Assembly (NCBI GenBank): GCA_017936265.1
Contig: JAGBFX010000025.1
Span: 33,427 to 97,426, forward strand
Source: Bacteroidaceae bacterium
GTDB taxonomy: Bacteria; Bacteroidota; Bacteroidia; Bacteroidales; Bacteroidaceae
DNA length: 64,000 bases
Direction: 5' to 3'
The notes beneath the pieces are model-generated. The model had not been told where the DNA came from, searched no databases, and saw nothing but the letters and a program-made list of their open reading frames with translations. A program made the translations under genes and the position numbers. Shown here one piece after another: positions 29,605 to 41,928 of this stretch (its first letter is position 1; each line of letters starts with the position of its first letter).

Positions 29605-29784
29605 TTACTCTTCAACAATGGCAACCAAATGCTGAACTTTCTTAATCATTCCGCGGATAGATGCGTTATCAGGACGCTCAACAACCTTGTTCATCTTTGT
29701 AAGACCAAGAGCATCAAGAGTAAGCTTCTGAGGCTTTGGAGCACCAATGCGACTTTTTACCTGTTTGATTTTAATTGTAGCCAT
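29605..29784 (-). CDS. rpmD: 50S ribosomal protein L30
   Basis: Not in the ORF track. My own translation gives MATIKIKQVKSRIGAPKPQKLTLDALGLTKMNKVVERPDNASIRGMIKKVQHLVAIVEE*. Confidence 0.93.
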   Translation of the reverse strand: MATIKIKQVKSRIGAPKPQKLTLDALGLTKMNKVVERPDNASIRGMIKKVQHLVAIVEE

Positions 29785-29796
29785 AGTTTAACCTCC

Positions 29797-30318
29797 TTAT
29801 CCGTTAAATACCTTACTCATACTAACACCTCTATTCTGTGCTACCATGCGTGCATCACGCATCTCGCTCAGGGCTGCTATTGTAGCCTTAACCAAGTTGT
29901 GAGGGTTAGAAGAGCCCTTAGACTTAGCCAAAACGTCAGTAATACCTACACTCTCAAGAACGGCACGCATAGCACCACCGGCAACCACTCCTGTACCGTG
30001 TGAAGCAGGCTTGATGAAAACCTCTGCACCACCGAAGTGAGCTGACTGCTCATGAGGAACAGTACCCTTGAGGACCGGAACACGTACGAGGTTCTTCTTA
30101 GCTGCCTCAACGCCCTTGGCGATAGCAGCGGTAACCTCGCTTGCCTTACCGAGACCGTAACCGATGATACCGTTCTCGTTACCAACAACAACAATTGCCG
30201 AGAAGCTGAATGTACGACCACCCTTTGTAACCTTGGTTACACGGTTGATTGCAACCAATCTATCTTTCAATTCTACGTCGTTTGCGACTTTTACTCTATT
30301 ATTAACTGCCATATTCAT
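29797..30318 (-). CDS. rpsE: 30S ribosomal protein S5
   Basis: '[19 protein letters not shown]'. The ATG at 30318 overlaps the rplR stop (TAATG). An alternative ATG lies at 30312. Confidence 0.95.
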   Translation of the reverse strand: MNMAVNNRVKVANDVELKDRLVAINRVTKVTKGGRTFSFSAIVVVGNENGIIGYGLGKASEVTAAIAKGVEAAKKNLVRVPVLKGTVPHEQSAHFGGAEVFIKPASHGTGVVAGGAMRAVLESVGITDVLAKSKGSSNPHNLVKATIAALSEMRDARMVAQNRGVSMSKVFNG

Positions 30319-30659
30319 TAGAATTTAAGACCTCCATTACGTGCAGCATCAGCCACTTCCTTAACTCTTCCGTGATAGAGGTAACCGTTACGGTCGAATA
30401 CAACTGAAGTGATACCAGCCTCAATTGCCTTCTTTGCGATCATCTCACCCACCTTTGCAGCCTGTTCCTTCTTGGGCATTGCCTCAAGACCGAGTGATGA
30501 AGCTGCAGCCAATGTGCGACCTGTCTGGTCATTAATTATCTGAACATAGATCTGCTTGTTGCTGCGGAAAACGCTCATGCGAGGACGCTCTGCAACACCT
30601 GAAATCTTGTTGCGCACTCTATATTTAATCTTGGTACGTCTTTCTATTTTCGTTGTCAT
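30318..30659 (-). CDS. rplR: 50S ribosomal protein L18
   Basis: 113 aa, ending '...[17 protein letters not shown]'. Confidence 0.96.
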   Translation of the reverse strand: MTTKIERRTKIKYRVRNKISGVAERPRMSVFRSNKQIYVQIINDQTGRTLAAASSLGLEAMPKKEQAAKVGEMIAKKAIEAGITSVVFDRNGYLYHGRVKEVADAARNGGLKF

Positions 30660-30679
30660 ATGCTTACAGTTTTACTAAA

Positions 30680-31258
30680 TTATTTTGCACCTGCTGACTT
30701 ACCAGACTTGCGACGGATAACCTCGCCAACAAACTTGACACCCTTACCCTTATATGGCTCAGGCTTGCGGAATGAGCGGATCTTTGCACAAATCAAACCA
30801 AGCAACTCCTTGTTGCATGACTCCAAAATGATAAGAGGATTCTTGTTTCTCTCAGACTTAGTCTCAATCTTGACCTCTGCAGGGAACTGCATGTAGATTG
30901 GGTGAGTAAAACCAAGCAACAACTCGATAGCATTGTTTGGTTTATCGTTCACACGATAACCGACACCAACAAGCTCAAGTTCTTTGCGGAAACCGGCAGA
31001 AACACCGATAACCATATTGTTGATGAGCGCACGGTACAGGCCATGGAATGCATGCTGCTGCTTTGTAGCCTCTGCGTATGTCTCGCAGTCTGCATACTTT
31101 ACAGTCAGAGTACCATCCTCGACTACGATAGCGATAGATGGGTCTACCTTCTGTGAAAGCTCACCTTTAGGACCTTTTACAGTAACCACGTTCTCGTCGC
31201 TTACAGCAACAGTAACGCCAGCGGGAATACTAATGGGTAATTTACCAATTCTAGACAT
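30680..31258 (-). CDS. rplF: 50S ribosomal protein L6
   Basis: MSRIGKLPISIPAGVTV... Confidence 0.96.
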   Translation of the reverse strand: MSRIGKLPISIPAGVTVAVSDENVVTVKGPKGELSQKVDPSIAIVVEDGTLTVKYADCETYAEATKQQHAFHGLYRALINNMVIGVSAGFRKELELVGVGYRVNDKPNNAIELLLGFTHPIYMQFPAEVKIETKSERNKNPLIILESCNKELLGLICAKIRSFRKPEPYKGKGVKFVGEVIRRKSGKSAGAK

Positions 31259-31275
31259 TGCTCAATCCTCCATAA

Positions 31276-31671
31276 TTAGTAGACATAGCAGAGAACCTCA
31301 CCACCGATCTTCTCGGCAGCAGCCTCCTTGTCTGTCATTACACCTTTGGATGTCGACAAAATAGCGATACCCAATCCATTGATCACTCTGGGCATATCTT
31401 TGTATCCCGTATAACGACGTAAACCAGGTGAAGATACGCGAATCAGTTTCTTGATTGCGTTCACTTTGTTTACAGCGTCGTACTTCAAGGCAATCTTGAT
31501 TGTGCCTTGTGGGCCATCCTCAACAAACTTGTAGTTCAAGATGTAACCCTTGTCAAAAAGGATCTTAGTAATCTCCTTCTTGAGGTTTGAGGCTGGAACC
31601 TCTACCACTCTGTGCTTAGCTTGAATGGCATTTCTCAACCTCGTCAAATAATCTGCAATAGGATCTGTCAT
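31276..31671 (-). CDS. rpsH: 30S ribosomal protein S8
   Basis: ATG at 31671 gives MTDPIADYLTRLRNA.... The track ORF has an 18-aa non-homologous extension. Confidence 0.95.
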   Translation of the reverse strand: MTDPIADYLTRLRNAIQAKHRVVEVPASNLKKEITKILFDKGYILNYKFVEDGPQGTIKIALKYDAVNKVNAIKKLIRVSSPGLRRYTGYKDMPRVINGLGIAILSTSKGVMTDKEAAAEKIGGEVLCYVY

Positions 31672-31734
31672 AAAGATTAATTTTAAATTGATCAGGACTA
31701 CCCTGACAATATTTATATTAAACACTCAAAAAAA

Positions 31735-32034
31735 TTACCAGCTTGCTTTTCTTACACCTGGGATGAGACCCTGTGATGCCATCTCACGGAACTGAATACG
31801 TGAAATGCCGAAAAGGCGGATGTAACCCTTTGGACGGCCTGTCAGCTTGCAACGGTTGTGCATGCGGATAGGGTTAGAGTTCAAAGGCAACGCCTGCAAC
31901 TTGCGAGCCGCCTCGTAAGCCTCCTCAGGAGTACCGGTGTTAACGATCTTCTTGAGAGCCTCACGCTTTGCAGCATATTTCTTGGCCAATTTTGCACGCT
32001 TTACCTCACGTGCTTTCATTGATTCTTTTGCCAT
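31735..32034 (-). CDS. rpsN: 30S ribosomal protein S14
   Basis: 99 aa, ending ...[11 protein letters not shown]. Confidence 0.96.
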   Translation of the reverse strand: MAKESMKAREVKRAKLAKKYAAKREALKKIVNTGTPEEAYEAARKLQALPLNSNPIRMHNRCKLTGRPKGYIRLFGISRIQFREMASQGLIPGVRKASW

Positions 32035-32041
32035 AGTCTAC

Positions 32042-32599
32042 TTATGAATTTTTAGCGTTTTTAAAAGGCAAACCAAACTCCTTCAAAAGAGCATAACCCT
32101 CTTCATCGGTCTTAGCGGTAGTAACAAAAGTGATGTTCATACCTGTAAGACGCATGATGTTGTCGATGTTGATCTCAGGGAAGATAATCTGCTCCTTGAT
32201 ACCCAAAGAGTAGTTACCGTTACCGTCGAACTTGCTCTCGATACCCTTGAAGTCGCGGATACGTGGAAGAGCAACGCGAACCAGACGCTCGAGGAACTCA
32301 TACATGCGCTCGCGACGCAGAGTTACCATAACGCCGATAGGCATCTTCTTACGCAACTTGAAGTTAGAGATATCCTTGCGAGAAACAGTAGCTACGGCCT
32401 TCTGACCTGTGATAGCTGTTACCTCGTTGATAGCGACATCGATAATCTTCTTGTCCTGAGTAGCTGCACCAAGACCCTCGTTGATAACGATCTTCTTGAG
32501 TACAGGCACCTGCATTGCTGATGAATAGTTGAACTGCTTCATCAAAGCCGGAGCAATACGCTCGGCATATTCTTTTTTAAGGCTAGCTGTATTACTCAT
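32042..32599 (-). CDS. rplE: 50S ribosomal protein L5
   Basis: 185 aa with '[19 protein letters not shown]'. Confidence 0.96.
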   Translation of the reverse strand: MSNTASLKKEYAERIAPALMKQFNYSSAMQVPVLKKIVINEGLGAATQDKKIIDVAINEVTAITGQKAVATVSRKDISNFKLRKKMPIGVMVTLRRERMYEFLERLVRVALPRIRDFKGIESKFDGNGNYSLGIKEQIIFPEINIDNIMRLTGMNITFVTTAKTDEEGYALLKEFGLPFKNAKNS

Positions 32600-32601
32600 T
32601 A

Positions 32602-32919
32602 TTAAATCTCCTCTCCTGATTTTTTAGCATAACGAACCTTCTTACCCTCTGCATTCAGCTTGCGGCCGATACGTGTTGCCTTACCTGACTTGGGATCAAT
32701 CAAGTTCAGGTTAGACACGTGGATTGAAGCTTCCTGTTTTACAATACCTCCCTGGGGATTCTTAGCGCTTGGCTTCGTGCTCTTAGAAACCATGTTTACG
32801 CCCTCTACGATGGCACGGTCCTTGTCAACGATAACCTGCAACACCTTACCGGTCTTGCCCTTGTCCTCGCCGGAATTTACGATGACCATGTCACCCTTCT
32901 TGATATGTAATTTCTTCAT
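32602..32919 (-). CDS. rplX: 50S ribosomal protein L24
   Basis: [27 protein letters not shown]... Confidence 0.96.
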   Translation of the reverse strand: MKKLHIKKGDMVIVNSGEDKGKTGKVLQVIVDKDRAIVEGVNMVSKSTKPSAKNPQGGIVKQEASIHVSNLNLIDPKSGKATRIGRKLNAEGKKVRYAKKSGEEI

Positions 32920-32938
32920 TACTTCAAACTTTTAAAAA

Positions 32939-33307
32939 TTAAAGTACCTCTGGTGCCAGTGACACAACCTTTGTATAGTCAGTTGCACGAAGCTCACGCG
33001 CTACAGGACCGAAGATACGGCTACCGCGCATTTCACCGGCGTTGTTAAGCAGAATGCAGGCATTATCATCGAAACGGATATAAGAACCGTCCTGACGACG
33101 AACCTCTTTCTTAGTGCGAACGATAAGAGCCTTTGAAACGGCTCCCTTCTTCAAATCGCTTGAGGGGATAACGCTCTTCACAGAGACTACAATCACATCC
33201 CCAACAGAAGCATAGCGACGACGTGTACCACCGAGTACACGGATGCAAAGAGCCTCCTTCGCACCGCTATTGTCACATACTGTAAGTCTTGATTCAACCT
33301 GTATCAT
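32939..33307 (-). CDS. rplN: 50S ribosomal protein L14
   Basis: [18 protein letters not shown]... Confidence 0.97.
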   Translation of the reverse strand: MIQVESRLTVCDNSGAKEALCIRVLGGTRRRYASVGDVIVVSVKSVIPSSDLKKGAVSKALIVRTKKEVRRQDGSYIRFDDNACILLNNAGEMRGSRIFGPVARELRATDYTKVVSLAPEVL

Positions 33308-33309
33308 AA

Positions 33310-33561
33310 TTACTTAACTTTTTCGATGATTTCAACTAATCTCCATCTCTTGGTCTTGCTCAAGGGGCGTGTCTCCATTATGCGAACTGTATCGCCGATA
33401 GAACACTCCTGCTTCTCATCGTGTACATGGTACTTCTTGGTTCTGCTCACGAATTTACCGTAGATGGGGTGCTTCTCTTTAAACTTTGCAGCAACGGTGA
33501 TAGTCTTCTCCATTTTATTGCTTACAACCACACCGGTACGCTCTTTTCTCAAATTTCTCAT
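33310..33561 (-). CDS. rpsQ: 30S ribosomal protein S17
   Basis: 83 aa with '[19 protein letters not shown]'. Confidence 0.96.
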   Translation of the reverse strand: MRNLRKERTGVVVSNKMEKTITVAAKFKEKHPIYGKFVSRTKKYHVHDEKQECSIGDTVRIMETRPLSKTKRWRLVEIIEKVK

Positions 33562-33570
33562 AAGTCTTAT

Positions 33571-33765
33571 TTATTTATTTAATTCGCGAGAGCGCAACTC
33601 ACCCTTCATGCGTGCGATTTCACGGCGCAACTGCTTCAACGACTCAGGGTTCTCCAATGGTGATATTGCGTGATTCAACTTCATCTGGGCATAACGAGTA
33701 ACCTCAGCCTCAACTCTTTCCTTCAGCTCTGCTGTAGAAAGCTCTCTAATTTCTGCTATTTTCAT
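33571..33765 (-). CDS. rpmC: 50S ribosomal protein L29
   Basis: 64 aa with 'IRELSTAELKERV'. Confidence 0.95.
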   Translation of the reverse strand: MKIAEIRELSTAELKERVEAEVTRYAQMKLNHAISPLENPESLKQLRREIARMKGELRSRELNK

Positions 33766-33767
33766 AA

Positions 33768-34196
33768 TTATGCCTTATTATAATCGTAATCGCGTCTAAC
33801 AATAAACTTAGTGGTAACAGGCAGCTTCTGAGCAGCGAGACGCAAAGCCTCCTTTGCTACATCGAATGAAACGCCCTCAATCTCGATAAGGATACGACCC
33901 GGTGTAACGGGGAATACAAAGCCCTCTGGATCACCCTTACCCTTACCCATACGTACATCGGCAGGCTTACGAGTGATTGGTTTGTCGGGGAAAACACGGA
34001 GCCAAACCTGACCCTGACGCTGCATATAGCGTGTTACCGCGATACGAGCAGCCTCAATCTGGCGGCCATTCAACCATTTGTACTGCAGACACTTGATTCC
34101 GAAAGAACCGAATGCAAGCTGGTTACCGCGAGTAGCGAAACCTTTCTGCACACCGTGCTGCACTCTTCTATATTTTGTCTTTTTAGGCTGTAACAT
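33768..34196 (-). CDS. rplP: 50S ribosomal protein L16
   Basis: [13 protein letters not shown]... Confidence 0.97.
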   Translation of the reverse strand: MLQPKKTKYRRVQHGVQKGFATRGNQLAFGSFGIKCLQYKWLNGRQIEAARIAVTRYMQRQGQVWLRVFPDKPITRKPADVRMGKGKGDPEGFVFPVTPGRILIEIEGVSFDVAKEALRLAAQKLPVTTKFIVRRDYDYNKA

Positions 34197-34216
34197 AATT
34201 CTTGAAATTCAATTCG

Positions 34217-34945
34217 TTAGCGATTGTTGTTTTTCTTACGTTTGAAGTTTCTTCCGCCAGCCTGGTTGTTGTTGAAACCGCTCTCCTTGCTCTGTGTGAA
34301 GTTTGGAGCCAAGTCTCTCTTACCATAAACCTCGCCACGGCAAATCCAAACCTTGATACCCAAGATACCAACCTTTGTCAAGGCCTCTGCCTGACAGTAG
34401 TCGATATCGGCACGGAAAGTGTGCAACGGAGTACGACCCTCCTTGTACATCTCTGAACGAGCCATCTCGGCACCGTTCAAACGGCCTGAAATCTGGATTT
34501 TGATACCCTCAGCACCCATACGCATTGTATTGGCAATAGCTGTCTTGATAGCGCGGCGGTATGCAATCTTACCCTCAACCTGACGTGCGATGCTGTTAGC
34601 AACGATAGTAGCGTCAAGCTCGAGCTTCTTAACTTCAAAAATATTAATCTGTATCTCCTTGTCAGTGATCTTCTTCAACTCCTCCTTCAACTTATCGACC
34701 TCCTGACCACCTTTACCGATGATGATACCTGGCTTTGCGGTACATACGGTAATTGTGACAAGCTTCAAAGTACGCTCAATGACAATCTTAGAAACGCTAG
34801 CCTTAGCCAGACGTACATTAAGGTATTTTCTGATCTTTGAATCTTCAACCAACTCGTCACCGTAGTTCTTGCCACCGTACCAGTTGGAATCCCATCCTCT
34901 GATGATACCTAATCTATTACTGATTGGATTAACCTTCTGTCCCAT
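34217..34945 (-). CDS. rpsC: 30S ribosomal protein S3
   Basis: [20 protein letters not shown]... Confidence 0.97.
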   Translation of the reverse strand: MGQKVNPISNRLGIIRGWDSNWYGGKNYGDELVEDSKIRKYLNVRLAKASVSKIVIERTLKLVTITVCTAKPGIIIGKGGQEVDKLKEELKKITDKEIQINIFEVKKLELDATIVANSIARQVEGKIAYRRAIKTAIANTMRMGAEGIKIQISGRLNGAEMARSEMYKEGRTPLHTFRADIDYCQAEALTKVGILGIKVWICRGEVYGKRDLAPNFTQSKESGFNNNQAGGRNFKRKKNNNR

Positions 34946-34957
34946 TTCCTTCTTCTT

Positions 34958-35362
34958 TTAATTGTCATTACTTACTTTAGTATCCACGTAGATAGTAACG
35001 TGGTTGGAACGCTTACGTATTCTGTAACCGCGGCCCTGTGGTGCAGGACGCATGCGGTAGAGTGTGCGTGCCTCATCTACAAAAATCTGTGAGATGTACA
35101 ACTCGCCATTCTCAGCCTTACGCTCATTCTTCTGCTCCCAGTTAGCGATAGCAGAACGCAACAGTTTCTCAACGTTGTATGAAGCGGCCTTTGTCGAGAA
35201 TCTCAAGACACCGAGTGCACGGCCAACCTCCATACCACGGATCATGTCTGCAACCAGACGCATCTTGCGTGGTGAAGAAGGAATATCCTTTGCACTGGCG
35301 AAGTAAAGGCTCTTGCGTGCCTCTTTTCTCTTGTCAGCAGCTAGTTTTTTTCTTGCTCCCAT
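34958..35362 (-). CDS. rplV: 50S ribosomal protein L22
   Basis: 134 aa with '[14 protein letters not shown]'. Confidence 0.96.
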   Translation of the reverse strand: MGARKKLAADKRKEARKSLYFASAKDIPSSPRKMRLVADMIRGMEVGRALGVLRFSTKAASYNVEKLLRSAIANWEQKNERKAENGELYISQIFVDEARTLYRMRPAPQGRGYRIRKRSNHVTIYVDTKVSNDN

Positions 35363-35400
35363 TATATTATCTTATTTTATTCTGTTGTTAAAATACCTGA

Positions 35401-35670
35401 TTACTTCTTGCGGTTACCTGAGTGACCACGGAAAGTACGTGTAGGAGCGAACTCGCCCAACTTGTGACCTACCATGTTCTCAGTGATGTAAACAGGGATA
35501 AATTTATTACCGTTATGAACAGCTATAGTGTGTCCCACAAAATCGGGAGAAATCATAGAAGCACGAGCCCAAGACTTGATGACCGATTTCTTACCGCTCT
35601 CGTTCATGGCAAGCACTTTGCTCTCCAACTTTACATTGATATATGGACCTTTTTTTAATGAACGACTCAT
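35401..35670 (-). CDS. rpsS: 30S ribosomal protein S19
   Basis: [15 protein letters not shown]... Confidence 0.97.
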   Translation of the reverse strand: MSRSLKKGPYINVKLESKVLAMNESGKKSVIKSWARASMISPDFVGHTIAVHNGNKFIPVYITENMVGHKLGEFAPTRTFRGHSGNRKK

Positions 35671-35694
35671 ATTATTTCAAAAATTTCCTTATTA

Positions 35695-36519
35695 TTACTT
35701 CTTTCTTCTCTCAATAATGTACTTTGAAGACTGCTTCTTAGGCGCACGAGTCTTGAGACCCTTAGCGTACAAGCCCTTACGTGAACGTGGGTGACCTCCT
35801 GAAGCACGGCCCTCACCACCACCCATCGGGTGATCTACTGGGTTCATAACAACACCACGGTTATGAGGACGACGACCCAACCAGCGTGTGCGACCAGCCT
35901 TACCTGAAGACTCAAGAGCGTGGTCTGAGTTACCTACTGTACCTACAGTTGCACGGCAAGTACCGAGGATACGGCGAACCTCACCTGAAGGCAACTTGAT
36001 AACACAATAGTTACCGTCGCGAGATACAATCTGCGCGAAGTTACCGGCTGAACGAACAAGGATAGCACCCTGTCCAGGACGGAGCTCGATGTTGTGAACG
36101 ACTGTACCGATAGGAATATTCTTCAAAGGAAGAGTATTACCGATCTCGGGAGCAGCGTCAGCACCTGACATCAGAACTGCGCCAACCTCCAAACCATTAG
36201 GAGCAATAATGTATGTTTTAACACCATCGGCATAGCAGAGCAGCGCAATACGAGCCGAACGGTTAGGATCGTACTCGATTGTCTTTACTGTAGCTGGAAT
36301 ACCGTCTCTGTTACGCTTGAAGTCGATAAAACGGAATTTACGTTTGTGACCGCCACCTCTGTAGCGCATTGTCATCTTACCGTCGTTGTTACGTCCACCT
36401 GTTGAACGCTTACCGGTTACAAGCGATTTCTCTGGTACCACAGCAGTGATCTCTTCGAAGGTACCAATAATCTTATGTCTTTGGCCCGGTGTTGTAGGCT
36501 TAAATTTACGTACTGCCAT
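35695..36519 (-). CDS. rplB: 50S ribosomal protein L2
   Basis: [16 protein letters not shown]... Confidence 0.97.
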   Translation of the reverse strand: MAVRKFKPTTPGQRHKIIGTFEEITAVVPEKSLVTGKRSTGGRNNDGKMTMRYRGGGHKRKFRFIDFKRNRDGIPATVKTIEYDPNRSARIALLCYADGVKTYIIAPNGLEVGAVLMSGADAAPEIGNTLPLKNIPIGTVVHNIELRPGQGAILVRSAGNFAQIVSRDGNYCVIKLPSGEVRRILGTCRATVGTVGNSDHALESSGKAGRTRWLGRRPHNRGVVMNPVDHPMGGGEGRASGGHPRSRKGLYAKGLKTRAPKKQSSKYIIERRKK

Positions 36520-36524
36520 CTTTA

Positions 36525-36815
36525 TTAAATGTTACTATAAAAATCAATTGTATCGCCCTCCTTAAGTGTGACGATAGCCTTCTTTACAGCGTTGGTGCGG
36601 CCTTTCACAAAGCCAGCCTTAGTGTAACGGCTCTTGTTCTTGCCTGAGTAGTTCATTGTGTTGACATCAACTACAGTTACATTGTACAACGCCTCAATCT
36701 CTTTCTTAATCACCAACTTGTTAGCCTCGGGGCGAACAATAAAACCGAAACGGTTGAAACGGTCTGTGATTGCTGTCATCTTCTCAGTGACAATAGGTTT
36801 AATCAATACTCCCAT
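36525..36815 (-). CDS. rplW: 50S ribosomal protein L23
   Basis: 96 aa, in the position between L4 and L2. Confidence 0.95.
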   Translation of the reverse strand: MGVLIKPIVTEKMTAITDRFNRFGFIVRPEANKLVIKKEIEALYNVTVVDVNTMNYSGKNKSRYTKAGFVKGRTNAVKKAIVTLKEGDTIDFYSNI

Positions 36816-36827
36816 TATTGTGCCTCC

Positions 36828-37460
36828 TTAGTTTTTTGTTAGTGTATTGTTAATAATCTCGAGAGAACTTTCGGTCACAACTAAAACCTCGGCATTCATT
36901 ATACCATAGGTATTAATGTCCGAAGCAATTGCCATCTGAGTTCCCTTCAAATTTCTGGCTGACAAATATACTGCTTTATTGCTAGATGGCAAAACGAACA
37001 GTTGCTTTCTTTCAGAAACTTTAAGATTATTTAACACCTTGATAAACTCCTTAGTGCTAGGTGTCTCGAAGTTGAAGTCCTCAACTACAACGATAGCGTT
37101 GTCGATAGCCTTCTGAGAAAGAGCAGAACGACGTGCGAGCTGCTTAACCTTCTTGTTGAGCTTGAAGCTATAATCGCGTGGAGTAGGACCGAACACACGG
37201 GCACCACCTACCAACAGAGGTGAGTTGATGTCACCACGACGTGCACCACCACCGCCCTTCTGACGGCCGAGCTTACGTGTTGAGCCTGACATCTCGCTTC
37301 TCTCCTTAGACTTATGTGTTCCCTGACGCTGAGCAGCAAGGTACTGGCGTACTGCCATATATACTACATGCTCGTTTGGCTCGATGCCGAAGATAGATTC
37401 GTCTAACGTAACCTTTCTTCCGGTGTTTTCACCATTAATATTTAATACGTTGACTTCCAT
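36828..37460 (-). CDS. rplD: 50S ribosomal protein L4
   Basis: 210 aa with '[32 protein letters not shown]'. Confidence 0.96.
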   Translation of the reverse strand: MEVNVLNINGENTGRKVTLDESIFGIEPNEHVVYMAVRQYLAAQRQGTHKSKERSEMSGSTRKLGRQKGGGGARRGDINSPLLVGGARVFGPTPRDYSFKLNKKVKQLARRSALSQKAIDNAIVVVEDFNFETPSTKEFIKVLNNLKVSERKQLFVLPSSNKAVYLSARNLKGTQMAIASDINTYGIMNAEVLVVTESSLEIINNTLTKN

Positions 37461-38077
37461 TACTTTTCAATTATTACGATTGAACCATTGTAACCTGGAA
37501 CCGAACCCTTGATAACCAACAGGTTGTGCTCAGGAATAACCTTTAACACTTGAAGATTGTGTGTAGTAACACGAGCGTTACCCATCTGTCCACCCATGCG
37601 CAGACCCTTGAAGACCTTTGCCGGATATGAACAAGCACCGATAGAACCCGGCTTGCGGGCGCGGTTGTGCTGACCGTGAGTAGCCTGACCTACACCACCA
37701 AAATTGTGTCTTTTAACGACACCCTGGAATCCCTTACCCTTAGAGGTACCTGTTACGCTGACGTAAGAGGTATCTGCAAAGAGATCCACTGTGAGCACAT
37801 CGCCCAAATTGAGCTCCGTCTCATAACCCTTGAACTCGGCCAAGTGGCGCTTGGGAGTTACACCAGCCTTCTTGAAGTGGCCAGCGAGAGGAGCGTTAAC
37901 GCGGCTCTCCTTCTGATCCTGGAAACCAAGCTGAACAGCCTCATAGCCATCCTTCTCGATTGTCTTCACCTGTGTAACTGCGCAAGGACCTGCTTCGATA
38001 ACAGTGCATGGAACATTTTTGCCATCGGCACTGAAAACGGACATCATTCCGATTTTTTTTCCTAATAATCCTGGCAT
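37460..38077 (-). CDS. rplC: 50S ribosomal protein L3
   Basis: [15 protein letters not shown]... Confidence 0.97.
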   Translation of the reverse strand: MPGLLGKKIGMMSVFSADGKNVPCTVIEAGPCAVTQVKTIEKDGYEAVQLGFQDQKESRVNAPLAGHFKKAGVTPKRHLAEFKGYETELNLGDVLTVDLFADTSYVSVTGTSKGKGFQGVVKRHNFGGVGQATHGQHNRARKPGSIGACSYPAKVFKGLRMGGQMGNARVTTHNLQVLKVIPEHNLLVIKGSVPGYNGSIVIIEK

Positions 38078-38115
38078 TTCAGTTTAATTTAAATAAGTTG
38101 ATAAATACATTAAAA

Positions 38116-38421
38116 TTACACTTTAATCTCGACCTCAACACCTGAAGGCAACTCAAGTTTCATAAGAGCATCGACTGTCTTAGCTGTAGAGCTGTAGATA
38201 TCGATAAGTCTCTTGAAAGAGGAAAGCTGGAACTGCTCGCGGCTCTTCTTGTTAACGAAGGTAGAGCGGTTCACTGTAAAAATACGCTTGTGTGTTGGCA
38301 ATGGAATAGGACCGCTAACGATTGCGCCTGTTGCCTTAACTGTCTTTACAATCTTTTCAGCCGACTTGTCAACCAAGTTGTGGTCGTAAGATTTAAGTTT
38401 GATTCTAATTTTTTGACTCAT
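38116..38421 (-). CDS. rpsJ: 30S ribosomal protein S10
   Basis: [18 protein letters not shown]... Confidence 0.97.
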   Translation of the reverse strand: MSQKIRIKLKSYDHNLVDKSAEKIVKTVKATGAIVSGPIPLPTHKRIFTVNRSTFVNKKSREQFQLSSFKRLIDIYSSTAKTVDALMKLELPSGVEVEIKV

Positions 38422-38451
38422 GTCTTTTAAAAGTTTATAAAATGGATAATT

Positions 38452-38487
38452 GCCTGTCGGTTAAGAGTCATTCGCTAACCGACAGGC
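38452..38487 (-). terminator. 12-bp hairpin between fusA and rpsJ (possible partial terminator or processing site)
   Basis: Stem gcctgtcggtta / taaccgacaggc with a 12-nt loop. The strong T-run is on the plus-strand side, and the minus strand has only a weak U-rich tail. Confidence 0.4.
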
Positions 38488-38496
38488 TTTTATTTA

Positions 38497-40590
38497 TTAT
38501 TTCTGAAGTTCCTCGAGTATCTGCTTGGTCAAAGAAGCACTTACCTGCTCGTGGTGGTCGTATGTCATTGATGATGTAGCACGACCTGAAGTGATGGTAC
38601 GGAGCGATGTCACGTAACCGAACATTTCAGACAGTGGGACCATAGCCTTTACAATACGCGCACCTGTACGGCTTGTCTCAAAGCCCTCTACCTGACCGCG
38701 ACGCTTGTTGAGGTCGGCGATTACATCACCCATGCTCTCCTCTGGAGTAACAACCTCAAGTCTCATCACCGGTTCAAGGAGAACAGGATTAGCTTTCTGA
38801 CAAGCATTCTTATAAGCCTGGATAGCACAAACCTCGAATGACAACTGGTCTGAGTCCACCGGGTGATAGCCACCATCGAGAAGGACAACCTTCAAAGACT
38901 CCATAGGATAACCGGCAAGCACACCTGACTTGATAGCTGTCTGGAAGCCCTTCTGAACTGAAGGAATGAACTCCTTAGGCACGTTACCACCCTTGACCTC
39001 GTTGACAAACTGAAGGTTACCCTCCTTGAAGTCCTCATCAGCAGGACCTACAGAAACGAGAATCTTAGCGTACTTACCCTTACCACCGGTCTGTTTCTTG
39101 TAAGTCTCATCAACCTGAACTGTACCAGTGATTGCCTCCTTGTAGCTAACCTGAGGACGACCCTGGTTACACTCAACGCCGAACTCACGCTTCAAACGGT
39201 CGATGATAATCTCAAGGTGAAGCTCACCCATACCGGAGATAATTGTCTGGCCAGACTGCTCATCGGTTCTTACTGTAAATGTAGGATCCTCCTCTGCGAG
39301 CTTGGCAAGACCGTTAGCGAGCTTGTCAAGATCCTTCTGAGTCTTAGGCTCAACAGCGATAGAAATCACAGGATCGGGGAATGTCATTGACTCGAGTACA
39401 ATAGGACCGTCCTCTGCACAGAGTGTATCACCTGTACGGACATCCTTCATACCGATAACGGCACCGATATCACCTGCGCCGAGAACCTCTATAGGATTCT
39501 GCTTGTTTGAGTGCATCTGGAACATACGAGAGATGCGCTCTTTGCGACCTGAACGTGTATCGTAGATATATGAACCTGACTCGAGTTTACCTGAATAAAC
39601 ACGAACGTAAATCAAACGACCTACGAATGGGTTTGTAGCAATCTTGAACACAAGAGCCGATGTCTTGTCATCCTCAGACGGAGTACGTGTCTCTGTCTCG
39701 TCAGTCTTAGGATTAACACCCTCAATGGCAGGAGTGTCAAGCGGTGAAGGCAGGAATGCACATACAAAGTCAAGAAGCGGCTGTACGCCCTTGTTCTTGA
39801 AAGAAGAACCGCAAGTCATAGGAGTAATCTCGAGAGCGAGTGTACCCTTACGGATAGCAGCAATAATCTCCTCTTCTGTGATTGAATCGGGGTCCTCGAG
39901 AACCTTCATCATCAACTCCTCATCAAAGTCAGCAGCCTTCTCAAGAAGATGCTCTCTCCACTGGTTTGCCTCATCAACGAGCTCCGCAGGAATCTCCTCC
40001 ACGCTGTAGTCAAGAGCGCCGTCACGATAAACGAGAGCCTTCATTGTGATAAGGTTTATAACACCCAGGAACTTCTCCTCAGAACCAATGGGGATTGTAA
40101 CAGGACAGGGATTTGCACCGAGGATGTCCTTCATCTGACGCATTACCGAGAAGTAGTCAGCACCTGAACGGTCCATCTTGTTCACGTATGCGATACGGGG
40201 AACATTGTACTTGTCTGCCTGACGCCATACTGTCTCTGACTGAGGCTCAACACCACCTACTGCACAGAATGCAGCAATAGCACCGTCAAGCACACGGAGT
40301 GAACGCTCTACCTCGGCTGTAAAGTCTACGTGTCCCGGAGTGTCAATCAAATTGAACTTGTACTGAGTACCGTTCCAGTTCCAGAATGTAGTTGTAGCAG
40401 CAGATGTAATGGTGATACCACGCTCCTGCTCCTGCTCCATCCAGTCCATTGTTGCAGCACCGTCGTGAACTTCACCAATCTTGTGTGAAAGACCTGTGTA
40501 GAACAATATACGCTCTGAAGTGGTAGTCTTACCAGCATCGATGTGAGCACTAATACCGATATTACGGGTAAATTTAAGATCGTTTGCCAT
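38497..40590 (-). CDS. fusA: Elongation factor G
   Basis: 697 aa with '[20 protein letters not shown]', DTPGH and NKMD. Confidence 0.97.
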   Translation of the reverse strand: MANDLKFTRNIGISAHIDAGKTTTSERILFYTGLSHKIGEVHDGAATMDWMEQEQERGITITSAATTTFWNWNGTQYKFNLIDTPGHVDFTAEVERSLRVLDGAIAAFCAVGGVEPQSETVWRQADKYNVPRIAYVNKMDRSGADYFSVMRQMKDILGANPCPVTIPIGSEEKFLGVINLITMKALVYRDGALDYSVEEIPAELVDEANQWREHLLEKAADFDEELMMKVLEDPDSITEEEIIAAIRKGTLALEITPMTCGSSFKNKGVQPLLDFVCAFLPSPLDTPAIEGVNPKTDETETRTPSEDDKTSALVFKIATNPFVGRLIYVRVYSGKLESGSYIYDTRSGRKERISRMFQMHSNKQNPIEVLGAGDIGAVIGMKDVRTGDTLCAEDGPIVLESMTFPDPVISIAVEPKTQKDLDKLANGLAKLAEEDPTFTVRTDEQSGQTIISGMGELHLEIIIDRLKREFGVECNQGRPQVSYKEAITGTVQVDETYKKQTGGKGKYAKILVSVGPADEDFKEGNLQFVNEVKGGNVPKEFIPSVQKGFQTAIKSGVLAGYPMESLKVVLLDGGYHPVDSDQLSFEVCAIQAYKNACQKANPVLLEPVMRLEVVTPEESMGDVIADLNKRRGQVEGFETSRTGARIVKAMVPLSEMFGYVTSLRTITSGRATSSMTYDHHEQVSASLTKQILEELQK

Positions 40591-40608
40591 TTTCTTAACT
40601 GTTACGGA

Positions 40609-41085
40609 TTAGAAACGGAAATGTGCAAATGCACGGTTAGCCTCAGCCATGCGGTGCATATCCTCCTTACGCTTGAAAGCACCACCCTGGTTGTTATATG
40701 CATCCATAATCTCGTTGCAGAGTTTCTCTGACATTGACTTGCCGCCACGCTTGCGAGCGAACAGAATCATGTTCTTCATTGAGATTGACTCACGACGGTC
40801 AGCACGGATTTCTGTAGGAACCTGGAATGTAGCACCACCGATACGGCGTGACTTTACCTCAATCTTTGGAGTAACGTTCTCCAATGCCTGCTTCCAAATT
40901 TCAAGTGGGGTTTTCTCCTCGTTCTTCATCTTGTTACCAACAAGCTCAAGAGCGCCGTAGAAGATTGTGTACGATACGTTTTTCTTTCCGTCATACATCA
41001 GGTGGTTAACGAACTTAGATACCATCTGATCGTTGAAAACGGGATCCGGAAGGACCACGCGTTTTTTTGGTTTTGCTTTTCTCAT
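40609..41085 (-). CDS. rpsG: 30S ribosomal protein S7
   Basis: [17 protein letters not shown]... Confidence 0.97.
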   Translation of the reverse strand: MRKAKPKKRVVLPDPVFNDQMVSKFVNHLMYDGKKNVSYTIFYGALELVGNKMKNEEKTPLEIWKQALENVTPKIEVKSRRIGGATFQVPTEIRADRRESISMKNMILFARKRGGKSMSEKLCNEIMDAYNNQGGAFKRKEDMHRMAEANRAFAHFRF

Positions 41086-41276
41086 TTTCTTTTGCGAAAA
41101 TTTAATGTTTTGTGTGGGCTGTTATCTTTAATTCTTCAACGTCTCCACCGAGACATTTACTCAACCGTTATAACTCCAACAAACCAAAACTATGTTATAA
41201 ATATGTAAAAGTTAAAGTCATATCCCGTTGTTTACAAGCTGGAATCACTTTGCTGCCGCTTGGTTCTGTTTAAGAA

Positions 41277-41657
41277 TTACTTCTTAGCCTTGGGACGCTT
41301 AGCACCATACTTTGAACGGCGCTGTGTACGGTTAGCGACACCGGCAGTATCAAGTGTACCGCGAACGATGTGATAACGTACACCCGGGAGGTCCTTAACA
41401 CGACCGCCACGTACCAAAACGATTGAGTGCTCCTGCAAGTTGTGACCCTCACCCGGGATGTAAGAGTTTACCTCCTTCTGGTTGGTCAAGCGTACACGAG
41501 CAACCTTTCTCATAGCAGAGTTAGGTTTCTTTGGAGTAGTAGTGTAAACACGTACACACACACCACGACGCTGTGGACAGTTGTCGAGTGCGGGCGACTT
41601 GCTCTTCTCTACAATCACCTCTCTGCCTTTTCTAACTAATTGCTGAATTGTAGGCAT
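41277..41657 (-). CDS. rpsL: 30S ribosomal protein S12
   Basis: [13 protein letters not shown]...[16 protein letters not shown]... Confidence 0.97.
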   Translation of the reverse strand: MPTIQQLVRKGREVIVEKSKSPALDNCPQRRGVCVRVYTTTPKKPNSAMRKVARVRLTNQKEVNSYIPGEGHNLQEHSIVLVRGGRVKDLPGVRYHIVRGTLDTAGVANRTQRRSKYGAKRPKAKK

Positions 41658-41744
41658 TTTGTTTAATTTTTAATTATTATATATTGTTTTTAAATATTTC
41701 TAAGCGCGTGGACCCCGTTAAACACGATAGTCCATTTTGGACTG

Positions 41745-41752
41745 CAAAGGTA
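41745..41752 (-). promoter_or_regulatory. Candidate -7 box (TACCTTTG on the minus strand) for the rpsL operon
   Basis: The reverse complement of caaaggta matches TAnnTTTG. It lies ~88 nt upstream of the rpsL ATG in an AT-rich region. Confidence 0.4.
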
Positions 41753-41928
41753 AAAATTATTTTTCTAATAAAAAAGGATTTAATCTATTTTTGAACGAAA
41801 AGAGCATATTTTCAAAGAAAACAGCCATTACAAGGCTCCCAAAAAGAGGATTCCACCCGTTAAATAATGTTAAATCTTGCATTAGAGGGAATTTCTTCAC
41901 TCATACAGGCTATTATATATAAGGTATA

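Noticed and set aside
41277-41657. Streptomycin-resistance mutation in rpsL
   Set aside because: The region reads [16 protein letters not shown] with the wild-type lysines. There is no evidence of a resistance allele.
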